Shown here in pieces: positions 19,915-29,917 of a stretch of 64,000 bases of DNA. Made by a program: the position numbers and the translations under genes. The notes beneath the pieces were generated by a model. The model searched no databases, had not been told where the DNA came from, and worked only from the letters and a program-made list of their open reading frames with translations. The DNA comes from Salinispira sp. GTDB lineage: Bacteria; Spirochaetota; Spirochaetia; DSM-27196; Salinispiraceae. The DNA lies in assembly GCA_965226555.1 (NCBI GenBank), contig CBDDDG010000010.1:96001-160000 (forward strand), written 5' to 3'. Each line of letters starts with the position of its first letter. Within the stretch, counting starts at the first letter, position 1.

Positions 19915-21168
19915 TTAACGCTCTGTCCAGCGCTCAATAATGTTCAGCATGACCTTTGATGCCCGTACCATGGAGCGTAAGCCGATCCATTCCATGGGGC
20001 CGTGAAAATTATGACCGCCGGTGAAGATGTTGGGGGTCGGGAAGCCCATTTCCGATAACCTGGCTCCATCGGTACCTCCGCGGATACTCTCCTGAAAGGG
20101 TTCAATGCCGGTTGCGCGAATGGCATCTTCAAGAATTGAGATAAGCTCAGGGTTTTCCTCAAGAAAATTCATGAGGTTGCGGTACTGTTGGTTCATGACG
20201 ATATCGACCTTTCCGCCGGGAAAGGAGAGTTCGGTTATCCGGGCAAGCTGCCTGAGATATTCAAGCCGGCGTTCCATTCCGCTGTTCTCAAAATCGCGGA
20301 CGAGAATAGCGAGCGTACACTGCTCCATGCTGCCGCCAATTTCCCGGGCAGCATAATACCCAAACCCAGCATCGGTACTCTCGGGGCTTTCACTTCGGGG
20401 AAGCATGCCCGCATACTGCGCTGCCATGCTTACCGCATTCACAAAACGGCCGCGGGCGCGGCCGGGGTGAATCATAAGCCCGGTGAAGGTGAGTTCAGCC
20501 TCGTAGGCATTGAAACAGCGCGCATTGTAGCTTCCTTCGGCTTCACCATCGAGGGTGAAACCGCAGCGCGCATGAACACGGTCGGCGGGGAAATGAAGAG
20601 TTCCCCGCGCAATCTCCTCATCCGGCGTGAATATAATTTCAACTTCGCCTCGGCGAATGTCAGGATGCTCAAGAAGATACTGAACTGCCGTCATAATTTC
20701 GGCAATGCCGGCCTTATCATCCGCCCCGAGCAAACTGCTCCCGTCTGCGGTGATGACAGTATCATCAATATGATTTTTGAGCGCGGGGTTTTCATCGGGA
20801 TCAAGGATGAGGTTTTTCCCGATGCGGATACTATCACCATTGTATTTTTCATGTACCTGCGGCCGTACATTATTGCCATTAAAGTCCGGCGCGGTGTCCA
20901 TATGAGCAAGAAACATAACAGGGGCACAGGCTGTTTCACCATTGGCAGGCAGGCGGGCAAGAATGTTACAATGCTCGGTGAGTTCAACATGGGGAACTCC
21001 CGCATTCCGTAATTCCTGTTCAAGCAGGCGGGCAAGATTCCACTGCCCTTCGGTACTGGGCGCTGCGGTACTATGCGGATCACTGGTCGTATGAATTTGT
21101 ACATAGCGCAGAAAGCGTTCGAGAATATTATTTTCAAACCATGCGCGCTCCCTGTTCACATCCTGCAT
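19915..21168 (-). CDS. pepT: Peptidase T (M20 tripeptidase)
   Basis: ERFLRYV, AHMDTA, LLGADDKAG, FTPDEEI, IRGGTDG, PNIFTGG. Confidence 0.96.
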   Translation of the reverse strand: MQDVNRERAWFENNILERFLRYVQIHTTSDPHSTAAPSTEGQWNLARLLEQELRNAGVPHVELTEHCNILARLPANGETACAPVMFLAHMDTAPDFNGNNVRPQVHEKYNGDSIRIGKNLILDPDENPALKNHIDDTVITADGSSLLGADDKAGIAEIMTAVQYLLEHPDIRRGEVEIIFTPDEEIARGTLHFPADRVHARCGFTLDGEAEGSYNARCFNAYEAELTFTGLMIHPGRARGRFVNAVSMAAQYAGMLPRSESPESTDAGFGYYAAREIGGSMEQCTLAILVRDFENSGMERRLEYLRQLARITELSFPGGKVDIVMNQQYRNLMNFLEENPELISILEDAIRATGIEPFQESIRGGTDGARLSEMGFPTPNIFTGGHNFHGPMEWIGLRSMVRASKVMLNIIERWTER

Positions 21169-21261
21169 GCCGCATCCTCCTCAAGAAACTTTCAGGAGAA
21201 ACTTTCCCGCAATGAAATAGTATACAGAGAGAATAGATATTGCAATATTGCCGGAAGGATA

Positions 21262-21362
21262 ATAGAAACTTTTGCATTTTGCAAAAGTTTCACATTTTGA
21301 ATGACTCTATGTGCTGAGCATTCTCGCATTTTGTAGAAAGTTTTGCATTCTGCAAAACTTTG
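21262..21362. repeat. Composite palindromic repeat between the divergent pepT and ADH genes
   Basis: gaaacttttgcattttgcaaaagtttc + gaatga..agcattc + gaaagttttgcattctgcaaaacttt. Confidence 0.85.
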
Positions 21363-21379
21363 TATTACTCTATTCTCAT

Positions 21380-22588
21380 ATGATTTTTTCCATGCCCAGA
21401 CAGCCTGAGCTTATTGTCGATACCGTACTGAGCCTTCCTCTGCTGCTTTCCCGCAGGGGATTTCATGCGGTCGCCATTGTAAGCGGCGGCAGATCGGTTC
21501 GGGGACGCCGGGAATGGCCTCTTCTCGTTGATACTATGCTGAAGGAGAATCTGCGTCTTATCGATTTTACCCTGCGCGGAGAACCATCGCCGCAAACAGT
21601 CGATCATTTTTACAGAGAACTGCGGGCGGAACTTCCTGACTGTGACGCTGTTGTCGGTATTGGGGGAGGAAGTGTGCTCGATTGCGCCAAGGCTCTTGCG
21701 GCAATGGCGGGTATGGGCAGGACGGAGGAGGTCGGCTCAATTAAAGATTTTCTGGAGGGTGTGGGAACCCGTCAGGCAACAGGTGAAACCCTTCCCCTGT
21801 TTGCGGTACCGACCACTGCCGGTACCGGAAGTGAGGCAACAAAGAATGCCGTGCTCAGCGAGATCGGCCCGGGGGGATACAAGCGTTCCATCCGCCATAA
21901 TGCCTTTATTCCCCGGCTTGCCCTCCTTGACCCCGCGCTTGGCATTAGTTGCCCGCCCGAGGTTACCCGCGCAAGCGGACTCGATGCCATTACTCAGCTT
22001 ATTGAGGTATATCTTTCGGTTGATGCAAACCCCCTCAGCGATACGCTTGCGCTGGAGGGGCTCCGGCAGGCGGGGCGCAGTTTTCCGGCGCTCATTGCGG
22101 GGGGCGATGGTGCGGAACATCGGCTGAGCATGTCGCTGGCAGCCTATGTGAGCGGTGTTGGGCTTGCATCGGCGGGGCTCGGCCTTGTTCATGGAATTGC
22201 ATCGGCGCTCGGGGCGGCGCATAGTATTCCCCACGGGGTTATCTGCGGGCTTCTTCTCGCGCCCTCCATTAAAATCGGTGTGGAAAGAGCTGCTGATTCT
22301 GCAATTTCTCAGCACGATTTTTCTGTAATCCGTCAGCGCTATGCGCAGGCAGCGCAGGCACTGGGACTGAGCGGCCGAGATCATTTTGCCGGAAAAAATA
22401 CGGATGAAGAAGGCGCGGAAAAGCTTATAGAGGGCATAGGACGATGGGCTGACGGACTTCCCCGGCTGGGGAGCTTCGGTTTTGAATCCGATGAAATATC
22501 TTCCATTGCCGAAAAATCCTCTGGAAAAAAGGCGCCTGTGCAGTATACTGTGAAAGATATATGCGCTGCGCTGGAAAATTCGCTATGA
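21380..22588 (+). CDS. Iron-containing alcohol dehydrogenase
   Basis: GIGGGSVLDCAK, VPTTAGTGSEAT, GLDAITQLIE, GLVHG, IPHG. Confidence 0.93.
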   Translation: MIFSMPRQPELIVDTVLSLPLLLSRRGFHAVAIVSGGRSVRGRREWPLLVDTMLKENLRLIDFTLRGEPSPQTVDHFYRELRAELPDCDAVVGIGGGSVLDCAKALAAMAGMGRTEEVGSIKDFLEGVGTRQATGETLPLFAVPTTAGTGSEATKNAVLSEIGPGGYKRSIRHNAFIPRLALLDPALGISCPPEVTRASGLDAITQLIEVYLSVDANPLSDTLALEGLRQAGRSFPALIAGGDGAEHRLSMSLAAYVSGVGLASAGLGLVHGIASALGAAHSIPHGVICGLLLAPSIKIGVERAADSAISQHDFSVIRQRYAQAAQALGLSGRDHFAGKNTDEEGAEKLIEGIGRWADGLPRLGSFGFESDEISSIAEKSSGKKAPVQYTVKDICAALENSL

Positions 22589-23607
22589 CCACTATCATCC
22601 CGCCCATTCTCCCGTCCATTCTCCCGGCAATTTTGCCGCCATTTCTCGTTGTCTCTCTCAATCCCACTCTTCAAAAGACCATGGTTTTTGATAATTTCAC
22701 AACAGGCGAGGTCAACCGCGCAGTGAAGATCCGTACAGATGCCTCGGGCAAGGGGGTAAATATCACCCGGGTTCTTCATCAACTTGATCAGGATGTTCTC
22801 CACCTCACCCATGTCGGCGGGCCGGGAACGGAGCAATTTCTCTCCCTCTGCGCGCAGGATACGATCAATCTCCAGACTGTCGCGGGAGGAACAAAAATCC
22901 GCATATGCACAACAATTATTGACAGGGGCAGGAATCAGACTAGCGAACTTATTGAGCCCGGCTGCTCTGTTGAACCCTCATGTGAGCGGGAAGTCCTTGA
23001 GCGCTTTTACCGGCTTCTCCCCTCCTTCGGCACCCTCATTGTTTCAGGAAGTACCGCGCCGGGGTATCATTCCGATCTCTTTGCCAGAATGACAGCAGAT
23101 GCCCGAAGGCATAATCTCTCTGTTCTTCTTGACATTCGGGGACCGATGCTCAAAGAAGTGCTTAAGGGAAGCCGGAAAATGCTCCCCCATATTCTGAAAA
23201 TAAATCTTCAGGAACTTTCCGAAACCTTTTTTCCTGCCAATGAAGGAACATTGCCGGAGCACTCGGCGAATCCTGAAATACTCAGCGCGGCCGCCGAGGT
23301 CATGAAGACCTTGGGCAGCAGGGGAATTGTTCCGATCATTACCCGGGGAAGTATGGCGGTACTCAGCCTTTCGGAAGAGGGAAATGTATGTACGAGTGAG
23401 CCTCAAAAAATTACCGCATACAATACCATTGGCTGCGGAGACGCCTTTACCGCCGGGCTTGTTGCGGGGCTCAGCAAAAAACCGGATCTTGAACAGGCCA
23501 TACATACGGCACATGAAATTGCCGCCCGCAACGCCGCGCAATTAAAACCCGGCACAATTATTCAGAAAGAGCTTGACCAATTGGAATCTTCCGCGTATAT
23601 TCCATAA
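22585..23607 (+). CDS. PfkB family hexose-phosphate kinase (1-phosphofructokinase/tagatose-6-phosphate kinase-like)
   Basis: SLNPTL, SGKGVNI, VSGS, KINLQE, NTIGCGDAF; ATGA overlap with the ADH gene. Confidence 0.88.
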   Translation: MTTIIPPILPSILPAILPPFLVVSLNPTLQKTMVFDNFTTGEVNRAVKIRTDASGKGVNITRVLHQLDQDVLHLTHVGGPGTEQFLSLCAQDTINLQTVAGGTKIRICTTIIDRGRNQTSELIEPGCSVEPSCEREVLERFYRLLPSFGTLIVSGSTAPGYHSDLFARMTADARRHNLSVLLDIRGPMLKEVLKGSRKMLPHILKINLQELSETFFPANEGTLPEHSANPEILSAAAEVMKTLGSRGIVPIITRGSMAVLSLSEEGNVCTSEPQKITAYNTIGCGDAFTAGLVAGLSKKPDLEQAIHTAHEIAARNAAQLKPGTIIQKELDQLESSAYIP

Positions 23608-23621
23608 TATCCTTAAAAATA

Positions 23622-23677
23622 ATAGAAAATTTGCAACTGGAAATTGTGCACGCGCAATTTTCCAATGCAAAATTTTC
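23622..23677. repeat. Dispersed palindromic repeat, long form, in the groES leader
   Basis: gaaaatttgcaactggaaattgtgcacgcgcaattttccaatgcaaaattttc. Confidence 0.85.
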
Positions 23678-23712
23678 ACAAAAATTTTTAATACTAACTC
23701 AGGAGGACGGGT

Positions 23713-23979
23713 ATGAACATACAACCCCTTAGTGATCGGGTACTGCTTAAACCGGATACTGGCGAAGAAAAAACTTCTGGAGGCCTTTTTATCCCGCAGA
23801 CCGCACAGGAAAAAACTCAAACCGCTTCAGTTGTTGCGATAGGCGATGATACTGAAACAATTACCGTAAAAGTTGGTGATCGGGTTATGCATGACAAATA
23901 TGCAGGAACCCAGGTCAAAATTGACGGTGAGGATCATCTCATTGTGAATTTTTCCGATGTTATTGCTGTAATTAAATAA
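23713..23979 (+). CDS. groES: Co-chaperonin GroES (no adjacent groEL)
   Basis: IQPLSDRV, EKTSGGLFIP, VKVGDRV, KYAGT; SD AGGAGG. Confidence 0.97.
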   Translation: MNIQPLSDRVLLKPDTGEEKTSGGLFIPQTAQEKTQTASVVAIGDDTETITVKVGDRVMHDKYAGTQVKIDGEDHLIVNFSDVIAVIK

Positions 23980-24075
23980 CCTGCTGCGCTATTGCGCGCC
24001 GTGCTATGAGCGCTTCCATGCCTATGCGGCACACTGCGCTATTGCGCGGTGCCATTGCGCCCGATCAGACGACAG

Positions 24076-24099
24076 ACCGCCGCTTTCAGCGGCGGTTTT
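24076..24099 (+). terminator. Intrinsic terminator between the convergent groES and dinG genes
   Basis: accgccgct-ttc-agcggcggt followed by ttt. Confidence 0.7.
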
Positions 24100-24167
24100 G
24101 TTATTTCAGGTCAATTATCCGGGGCAGATAAATTATCATCCTCAACGCGCTCGGCGAAGCAACGCGC

Positions 24168-26453
24168 TCACTGAAGAAAGAGTATATTTTCAAGTTCACT
24201 GCCAATTTTCTCTTCGTTGCCCACAACGAGGCGCGCCGGCGGCAGTGAGTTGATGAACTGCCTCCCATAGAACTTTGTAACAATTCTGCAATCGGTAATG
24301 ATCACCGCCCCCCGATCGTTCCGGCTCCGCATAAGCCGACCGAATCCTTGCTTAAGTTTCATGACAGCCTCCGGCAGGCTGAGTTCAAGGAAGGGGTTGC
24401 CGCCCCGGTTCTCCACGGCCTCAGCGCGGGCAAGGAGCACTGGTTCATTCGGTACGCGGAAGGGAAGCCGACAGATAATAAGCAGCTTGAGAGTGTCGCC
24501 CGGGGCATCAATTCCCTCCCAGAAACTGTGGGTCGCAAAGAGCACCGAGCTGCTGTCATTCCTGAACTGTTCCATGAGCCGGTCGCGGTCATCATCACCC
24601 TGACGAAAACACCTGATCTCCCTTCCTGTCAGAATCGGCCTGCAGTATTCATATACATCGCTGAGCATTTTGTGAGAGGTAAACAGTACCAGAGCATGAC
24701 CCTCGGAAACATTCAGCATGCGGATAATAAAATCCTTCAGCCACGGTACGTAATGTGAATGGGATGGATCCGGCGCATTCTCGGGCACCGCAAGAAGGTC
24801 TCTGCCGGGATAATCGAAGGGACTGTCGAGGCTGCGGAAAATTACTCTCTCGTTTTCTTCCAGTCCGATCCGCTGTTTCCAGAAATTGATGATGTGGTTG
24901 ACCGAAAGGGTCGCGCTGGTAAGAACAATTCCCGGAAAGGGATCAAACATAACCTCAGAGAGGAGCGGCCCCACTTCAATGGGCGCAGCCGTAAAACGCG
25001 CAAAACTGTCGCCCGCGACTGTCTCCCGCCGTTCAAGCCAGTACACAAGATCGGGTCGGTTGGGAAATTCCCGAAAATCGCCGCAGATTCCGGCGGCTGC
25101 CTTCACGCGCTGTATGAGAACGTGCAGTTCGGCAAGGCGGGGGTCGGCTGACAGGGGGTCGGCTGCTGTTGGGGGCGCTGCGGTACCGGACGGGACTGGG
25201 GGGGCGGCTGCTGTTGGGCGCGCGGCGGTACCGGACTGCGGGTTTTCATTATTCGGCTGCGCTGATTTTTGCTTCGTTGGAGTATCATGTTCTGAAAGAT
25301 CAACATACAGAGCATGAAGAAATTCTACGCAATTGAGCAGACTCTGTTGAAGCGTCTGCAGGCTGGAAAAGAGGGCATCTCTGAGAGGAATGGAAACAGC
25401 GCCCTGAAAATCCGGCGGCGCAGATTCAGATTCTGCTCGCAGCCGGAGCGGGCGGTTTTTTTCAAGGAAGGGTAAAATGCTGCTGTCGAGTTCCGTAGCC
25501 TGCCTGCGGATTTTCTCCAGATGTTCTTCCATGCCCGCTGCGGGCACTGCGTATTCGTTGCGAAAATGGGCAATTACGCCCTGTTCGCGTCCTCGGGTCT
25601 TTCGGAGAAGCCGGTTTGCGTACCTATAGATATGAAAACGGCTGAGTTCCTCGCTGAAGTAGGCGGTGGCTGCGCCTTCAATGTTGTGGGCCTCATCAAT
25701 AATGAGCCGCTGAAAGGGCGGAAGAATTACCGTGGAATCGAAGTCAAATCCCTCATTGCGAATTGACAGATCGGCAAATAAGAGATGATGATTAGTGATG
25801 ATTATCCGCGCCCCTGCCATATTCCTGCGCGCCTTGTTAATAAAGCAGCCATCACGGCAGCGGGAATCGGGGCAGGAATCTCTGTCGGCGTTTATTTTCG
25901 ACCAGAGAGATTCATTCGGGTTGAAACTCAGATCACTCCGGTCGCCGCTCAATGTCTCATCGGCCCACTGCCGGATGAGGTCTGTCTGCTCTTCGGCAAA
26001 CATACCCTCCTCTTCAATAAGTTCGTTGAGCCGATGACGGCAGAGGTACTGATTCCGCCCCTTGGCAAGAGCAATTTTCACATCCTTACCGCCCATATTG
26101 GCAAAGAGCGAGCGGACAAGCGGAATGTCCTTGCCGATAATCTGATGTTGGAGATTGATTGTTGCCGTTGAAATGACGACACGTTCCGCATTTTTGAGCA
26201 CCCAGGCAAAGGCCGGAATGAGATATGCCAGACTCTTGCCTACTCCGGTTCCGGCTTCGACAGCCACAATGCGGTCATCATTGAAGGCCTTCACGACCTC
26301 TTCCAGCATTTGGAGCTGGGCATCCCGGGGTTCGAAATCGGGCTTCAGACGGGAAAGCCCGCCGCCGGGCAGGAGCATATCTGCCAGAGGCTCAAGTTCA
26401 AGCTGCTGATTTTGTTTCTGATTTTCTTCAGAACGCGCGTCCGGCTCGGACAT
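24168..26453 (-). CDS. dinG: DinG/YoaA family ATP-dependent DNA helicase
   Basis: EAGTGVGKSLAYL, KGRNQYLC, TNHHLL, IDEAHN, TSATL, SFWEGID, QGFGRLMR. Confidence 0.93.
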   Translation of the reverse strand: MSEPDARSEENQKQNQQLELEPLADMLLPGGGLSRLKPDFEPRDAQLQMLEEVVKAFNDDRIVAVEAGTGVGKSLAYLIPAFAWVLKNAERVVISTATINLQHQIIGKDIPLVRSLFANMGGKDVKIALAKGRNQYLCRHRLNELIEEEGMFAEEQTDLIRQWADETLSGDRSDLSFNPNESLWSKINADRDSCPDSRCRDGCFINKARRNMAGARIIITNHHLLFADLSIRNEGFDFDSTVILPPFQRLIIDEAHNIEGAATAYFSEELSRFHIYRYANRLLRKTRGREQGVIAHFRNEYAVPAAGMEEHLEKIRRQATELDSSILPFLEKNRPLRLRAESESAPPDFQGAVSIPLRDALFSSLQTLQQSLLNCVEFLHALYVDLSEHDTPTKQKSAQPNNENPQSGTAARPTAAAPPVPSGTAAPPTAADPLSADPRLAELHVLIQRVKAAAGICGDFREFPNRPDLVYWLERRETVAGDSFARFTAAPIEVGPLLSEVMFDPFPGIVLTSATLSVNHIINFWKQRIGLEENERVIFRSLDSPFDYPGRDLLAVPENAPDPSHSHYVPWLKDFIIRMLNVSEGHALVLFTSHKMLSDVYEYCRPILTGREIRCFRQGDDDRDRLMEQFRNDSSSVLFATHSFWEGIDAPGDTLKLLIICRLPFRVPNEPVLLARAEAVENRGGNPFLELSLPEAVMKLKQGFGRLMRSRNDRGAVIITDCRIVTKFYGRQFINSLPPARLVVGNEEKIGSELENILFLQ

Positions 26454-26500
26454 CCCCTCCCCTCCTGTTCTAAAGCTGCGCTATCATTTTAGCGCCCTAT

Positions 26501-26887
26501 TCAATTCTGTTTGTATTCTCTTATATGCCGATGTATACATTGTAGAATCTTTTTCATAGGAAAATCCCATTCTCCAAACGACCCCTTTGGCATAATAAAA
26601 TCGGAACCGTCTTTCCGTAAGCGCCGCGGAACCTGCTTTTCACAGGTATATGGACTGCTAATGCCATAGGGCGGGTCAGTAAGAAGAAGCCTGCCATCAA
26701 TTTTCAGATCGCCTAAAATAATTGAAGGCTTGTCCTTTACGGATAAACTCACAGACCACAGGTCATGGTTTATTTGTTCAGGAGAAAAATGGGTAATGTG
26801 TGTACGATGCAAAGGGAAATTTTTTGATACCCATTTATTGATTTCCGCCCGAATGGTAATTTTTCGAGTATTATTCACTGGAAACAT
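26501..26887 (-). pseudogene. Deleted remnant of an N4/N6 DNA methyltransferase
   Basis: Catalytic LLLTDPPYG and FGEWD present, but no SAM-binding motif; only 128 aa; AT-rich. Confidence 0.65.
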
Positions 26888-27006
26888 CCTTACCCGCTAG
26901 GAGCGTATACGTATTCAGCAAACTAATCAAGCCAAGAATTTCGCTCGGGGTGGATTAAACCACTCGTTTGTGTATAATTCTCTTATACCCTTTCAGGAGC
27001 GCCCCC

Positions 27007-28047
27007 ATGAGCAAAATTCCTGTCGCAATTCTCGGAGCCACCGGTACCGTTGGACAAAAATTTGTTACCCTGCTTAAGAATCATCCTCAGTTTGAAATGC
27101 GCGAACTCGTTGCATCGCCCCGTTCGGCGGGGAAGATCTATAAGGAGGCGGTTCGCTGGAAACAGGATGAGGATATTCCCGCAGCGGCGGCAGATATGAC
27201 TGTTCTCCCCCTCAATTCGGAATTACAGAGCCGCATCCTTTTCTCGGGGCTCGATAGCTCAGTCGCGGGAGAAGCCGAAAGCCGCTTCGCAGCCGCAGGG
27301 CACATCGTCATATCAAACTCAAAAAACCACCGCATGGATCCCCTCGTCCCTCTGGTCATTCCCGAAATTAACGCAGACCATTTTGCCCTCACCGAGAAGC
27401 AGCCCGGCAGCGGCAGCATTGTTACCAACTCAAACTGCTCAACCATGTTCCTCACCATGGTACTGGCCCCCCTGCATGAGGCCTTCGGCCTTGAAAGCGT
27501 TCAGGTGAGCACCATGCAGGCCATAAGCGGAGCGGGGTATCCGGGAACATCCGGCATGGACATTCTCGGCAACGTCATTCCCCACATCCCCGGGGAGGAA
27601 AACAAGCTCGAAACCGAGCCCCTGAAAATTCTCGGCGCGCTGACAGAGGGCGGCATTCGGCCAGCCGCCTTCACCCTCAGCGCCCAGTGCAACCGGGTGC
27701 CGGTATTTGACGGTCACAGCGAGAACATCTCCATACAATTCCAACGCAGCCCCCGCCCCAGCCCTGCCGATGTGAAGGAAGTGCTTGGCAATTTCACCGG
27801 AGGCATGAAACAGCGGCTCTATTCCTCGCCTGAGTCCTTCATTGTACTGCGCGATAATGATGACCGCCCCCAACCCCTGCTCGACCTCCATGTGAACAAG
27901 GGCATGAGCGCGGTGGTGGGACGCATCCGTCCCTGCCCGGTCATGGATATGAAAATGACCATTCTCGGGCATAATACCATACGCGGCGCGGCGGGCGCTG
28001 CCATCCTCAATGCGGAAGCCATGCTTGCCTTGGGGTATATACGTTGA
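27007..28047 (+). CDS. asd: Aspartate-semialdehyde dehydrogenase
   Basis: ILGATGTVGQ, VPLVIPEIN, NSNCST, QAISGAG, CNRVPVFDGH, HNTIRGAAG. Confidence 0.97.
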   Translation: MSKIPVAILGATGTVGQKFVTLLKNHPQFEMRELVASPRSAGKIYKEAVRWKQDEDIPAAAADMTVLPLNSELQSRILFSGLDSSVAGEAESRFAAAGHIVISNSKNHRMDPLVPLVIPEINADHFALTEKQPGSGSIVTNSNCSTMFLTMVLAPLHEAFGLESVQVSTMQAISGAGYPGTSGMDILGNVIPHIPGEENKLETEPLKILGALTEGGIRPAAFTLSAQCNRVPVFDGHSENISIQFQRSPRPSPADVKEVLGNFTGGMKQRLYSSPESFIVLRDNDDRPQPLLDLHVNKGMSAVVGRIRPCPVMDMKMTILGHNTIRGAAGAAILNAEAMLALGYIR

Positions 28048-28068
28048 TGGAGCGCGGCAGGCGCTGGG

Positions 28069-29535
28069 GTGTGTGAATTGATTGTGCAGAAATTCGGCGG
28101 AACCAGCGTGGGCTCTGCCGATATGATAAACAGGGTTCTCAAAATCGCCCGGGAGCAGCAGGAAAAGCAGCCCGTGGTACTTGTTGCCTCCGCAATGGGC
28201 GGCGCAACTTCAGCGTTGGAGCGCATGGGAGAGCATGCCGCCGCCGGCAGGAGCGCAGCTGCTGCCGATACACTCCGCCAGCTCAAAAATCAACACTATA
28301 CCGCCCTTGTCGATCTTCTTGAAGTTCCCCTCTATGAACAGGGGAAAAAAGCCCTGAGCAGTATTTTTGATGAAATAAAAAAACTGCTGTCCGGCATGGA
28401 ACTCATTCGCGAAGTCAGCGTCAACTCCATGAACACCCTCCTCAGCTTCGGTGAAATCCTCTCTACCACCCTCATCTACTACCGAGCGCTCCAGCTCGGC
28501 ATGAAGGCCGCGCTCCTCGACAGCAGAAAATTCATGAAAACACAACAGGAATATACCAGAAATGTTCTCGCAGTTGAAAAAACATATCGGGCAATTCGGA
28601 AACAGCTGCGGCCGCAGGCAGGACTACTTCTCATTGCCCAGGGGTTTATTGCCTCGGATGAACAGGAGCTGACAACGACCCTCGGCAGAGGCGGCTCCGA
28701 TTACAGCGCCACCATTATTGCCGCCGCGCTCAATGCCGATGAAGTGCAGATATGGACCGATGTAAACGGCATTATGACCTGCGACCCGCGCATCATACAA
28801 CAGGCAGCCACCATTGAGGAACTGAGCTATGAGGAGGCTGCCGAGCTGAGCTACTTCGGCGCCAAAGTTATTCATCCGGCTGCCATCCAGCCTGCCGTGG
28901 AGAAAAACATTCCGGTTCTGGTAAAAAATACCCGCAGGCCGGAAGAGCCGGGCAGCCGCATCCACCGAAGGGGCGGACGGCGGGGAATTCAGGGAATAAT
29001 CGGCAAGAGCGGGGTTACTCTTGTTACCATTCAATCGTCCCGCATGCTCAATGCCTACGGATTTCTCAGAAAAATTTTTGAAATTTTTGAGAAGTACCAG
29101 GCGCCCATCGACATCATTGCCACCTCTGAGGTATCCGTTTCCCTTACCATTGACGATAACCATACAATGACAGTCATGGAAAAGGAGTTGAAAGCCTTCT
29201 CCACCGTGCATATTGAACGGAATATGGCAAGTATCAGTCTTGTCGGACAAAATTTATGGAATAGCTCATTCCTCAGCAACGAAGTGCTTGCTGCTCTTGC
29301 TCATGTTCCTCTGCGGATGATAAGTCTGGGAGGAGCCAATATAAACCTGAGTATTGTCGTTCCGCGCGATGAGCTTGATACTACCCTGCGCCGTCTGCAC
29401 GATACTCTCTTTCCTCAGAATGATATTGATGGCAGGGGCAATGGCGATATTGATGGCGGGGGCGGCGATGATGATATTGATGGTGGGGGTGATAATGGTG
29501 ATATTGATGGCGGCGGCGATGGCGAGCATTTTTAA
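28069..29535 (+). CDS. lysC: Aspartate kinase with a DIDGGG repeat tail
   Basis: KFGGTSV, SFGE, TLGRGGSDYSA, WTDVNG, FGAKVIHP, ACT domains. Confidence 0.95.
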   Translation: MCELIVQKFGGTSVGSADMINRVLKIAREQQEKQPVVLVASAMGGATSALERMGEHAAAGRSAAAADTLRQLKNQHYTALVDLLEVPLYEQGKKALSSIFDEIKKLLSGMELIREVSVNSMNTLLSFGEILSTTLIYYRALQLGMKAALLDSRKFMKTQQEYTRNVLAVEKTYRAIRKQLRPQAGLLLIAQGFIASDEQELTTTLGRGGSDYSATIIAAALNADEVQIWTDVNGIMTCDPRIIQQAATIEELSYEEAAELSYFGAKVIHPAAIQPAVEKNIPVLVKNTRRPEEPGSRIHRRGGRRGIQGIIGKSGVTLVTIQSSRMLNAYGFLRKIFEIFEKYQAPIDIIATSEVSVSLTIDDNHTMTVMEKELKAFSTVHIERNMASISLVGQNLWNSSFLSNEVLAALAHVPLRMISLGGANINLSIVVPRDELDTTLRRLHDTLFPQNDIDGRGNGDIDGGGGDDDIDGGGDNGDIDGGGDGEHF

Positions 29536-29917
29536 GCGTGTGCGGCGTCTGCTGAGATCTGCCATTTCCAATTCTGACGAAAAACCCGGCATCGACTATC
29601 AGCAGGCCTGGGATGAACTCAACGAATTCCTCGAAACCGACAAAACGCAGAAGCCCCGACCGAGCGACCGCAGCCGACAATCAGCGCAATCCGCGCAGCG
29701 CCTCGCCGAAGACTATGCAAATCTGGAACTGTCTCCCTATGCCGACATTGCCGCAATCAGAAAGAACTATATGCGGCTGTTGGCGGCATATCATCCCGAC
29801 AAGTACATTCGGAATCCAGACAAACAGATCATTGCCAACGAAATAACCGTTCGGCTGAATAAATCGTACCAGCGCATTATGGAAGATCGGCAAAAAAAGT
29901 GGGATATTAAGGTTTGA
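29519..29917 (+). CDS. J-domain (DnaJ-like) protein; the last five codons come from the IS481 end
   Basis: YANLEL, IRKNYMRL, YHPDK, LNKSY. Confidence 0.85.
   Translation: MASIFKRVRRLLRSAISNSDEKPGIDYQQAWDELNEFLETDKTQKPRPSDRSRQSAQSAQRLAEDYANLELSPYADIAAIRKNYMRLLAAYHPDKYIRNPDKQIIANEITVRLNKSYQRIMEDRQKKWDIKV

Noticed and set aside
23622..23677. CIRCE element upstream of groES
   Set aside because: It does not match TTAGCACTC-N9-GAGTGCTAA; it is a copy of the dispersed palindrome
23713..23979. groES without groEL as an anomaly
   Set aside because: Separated groES and groEL genes are known in spirochaetes, so this is not novel
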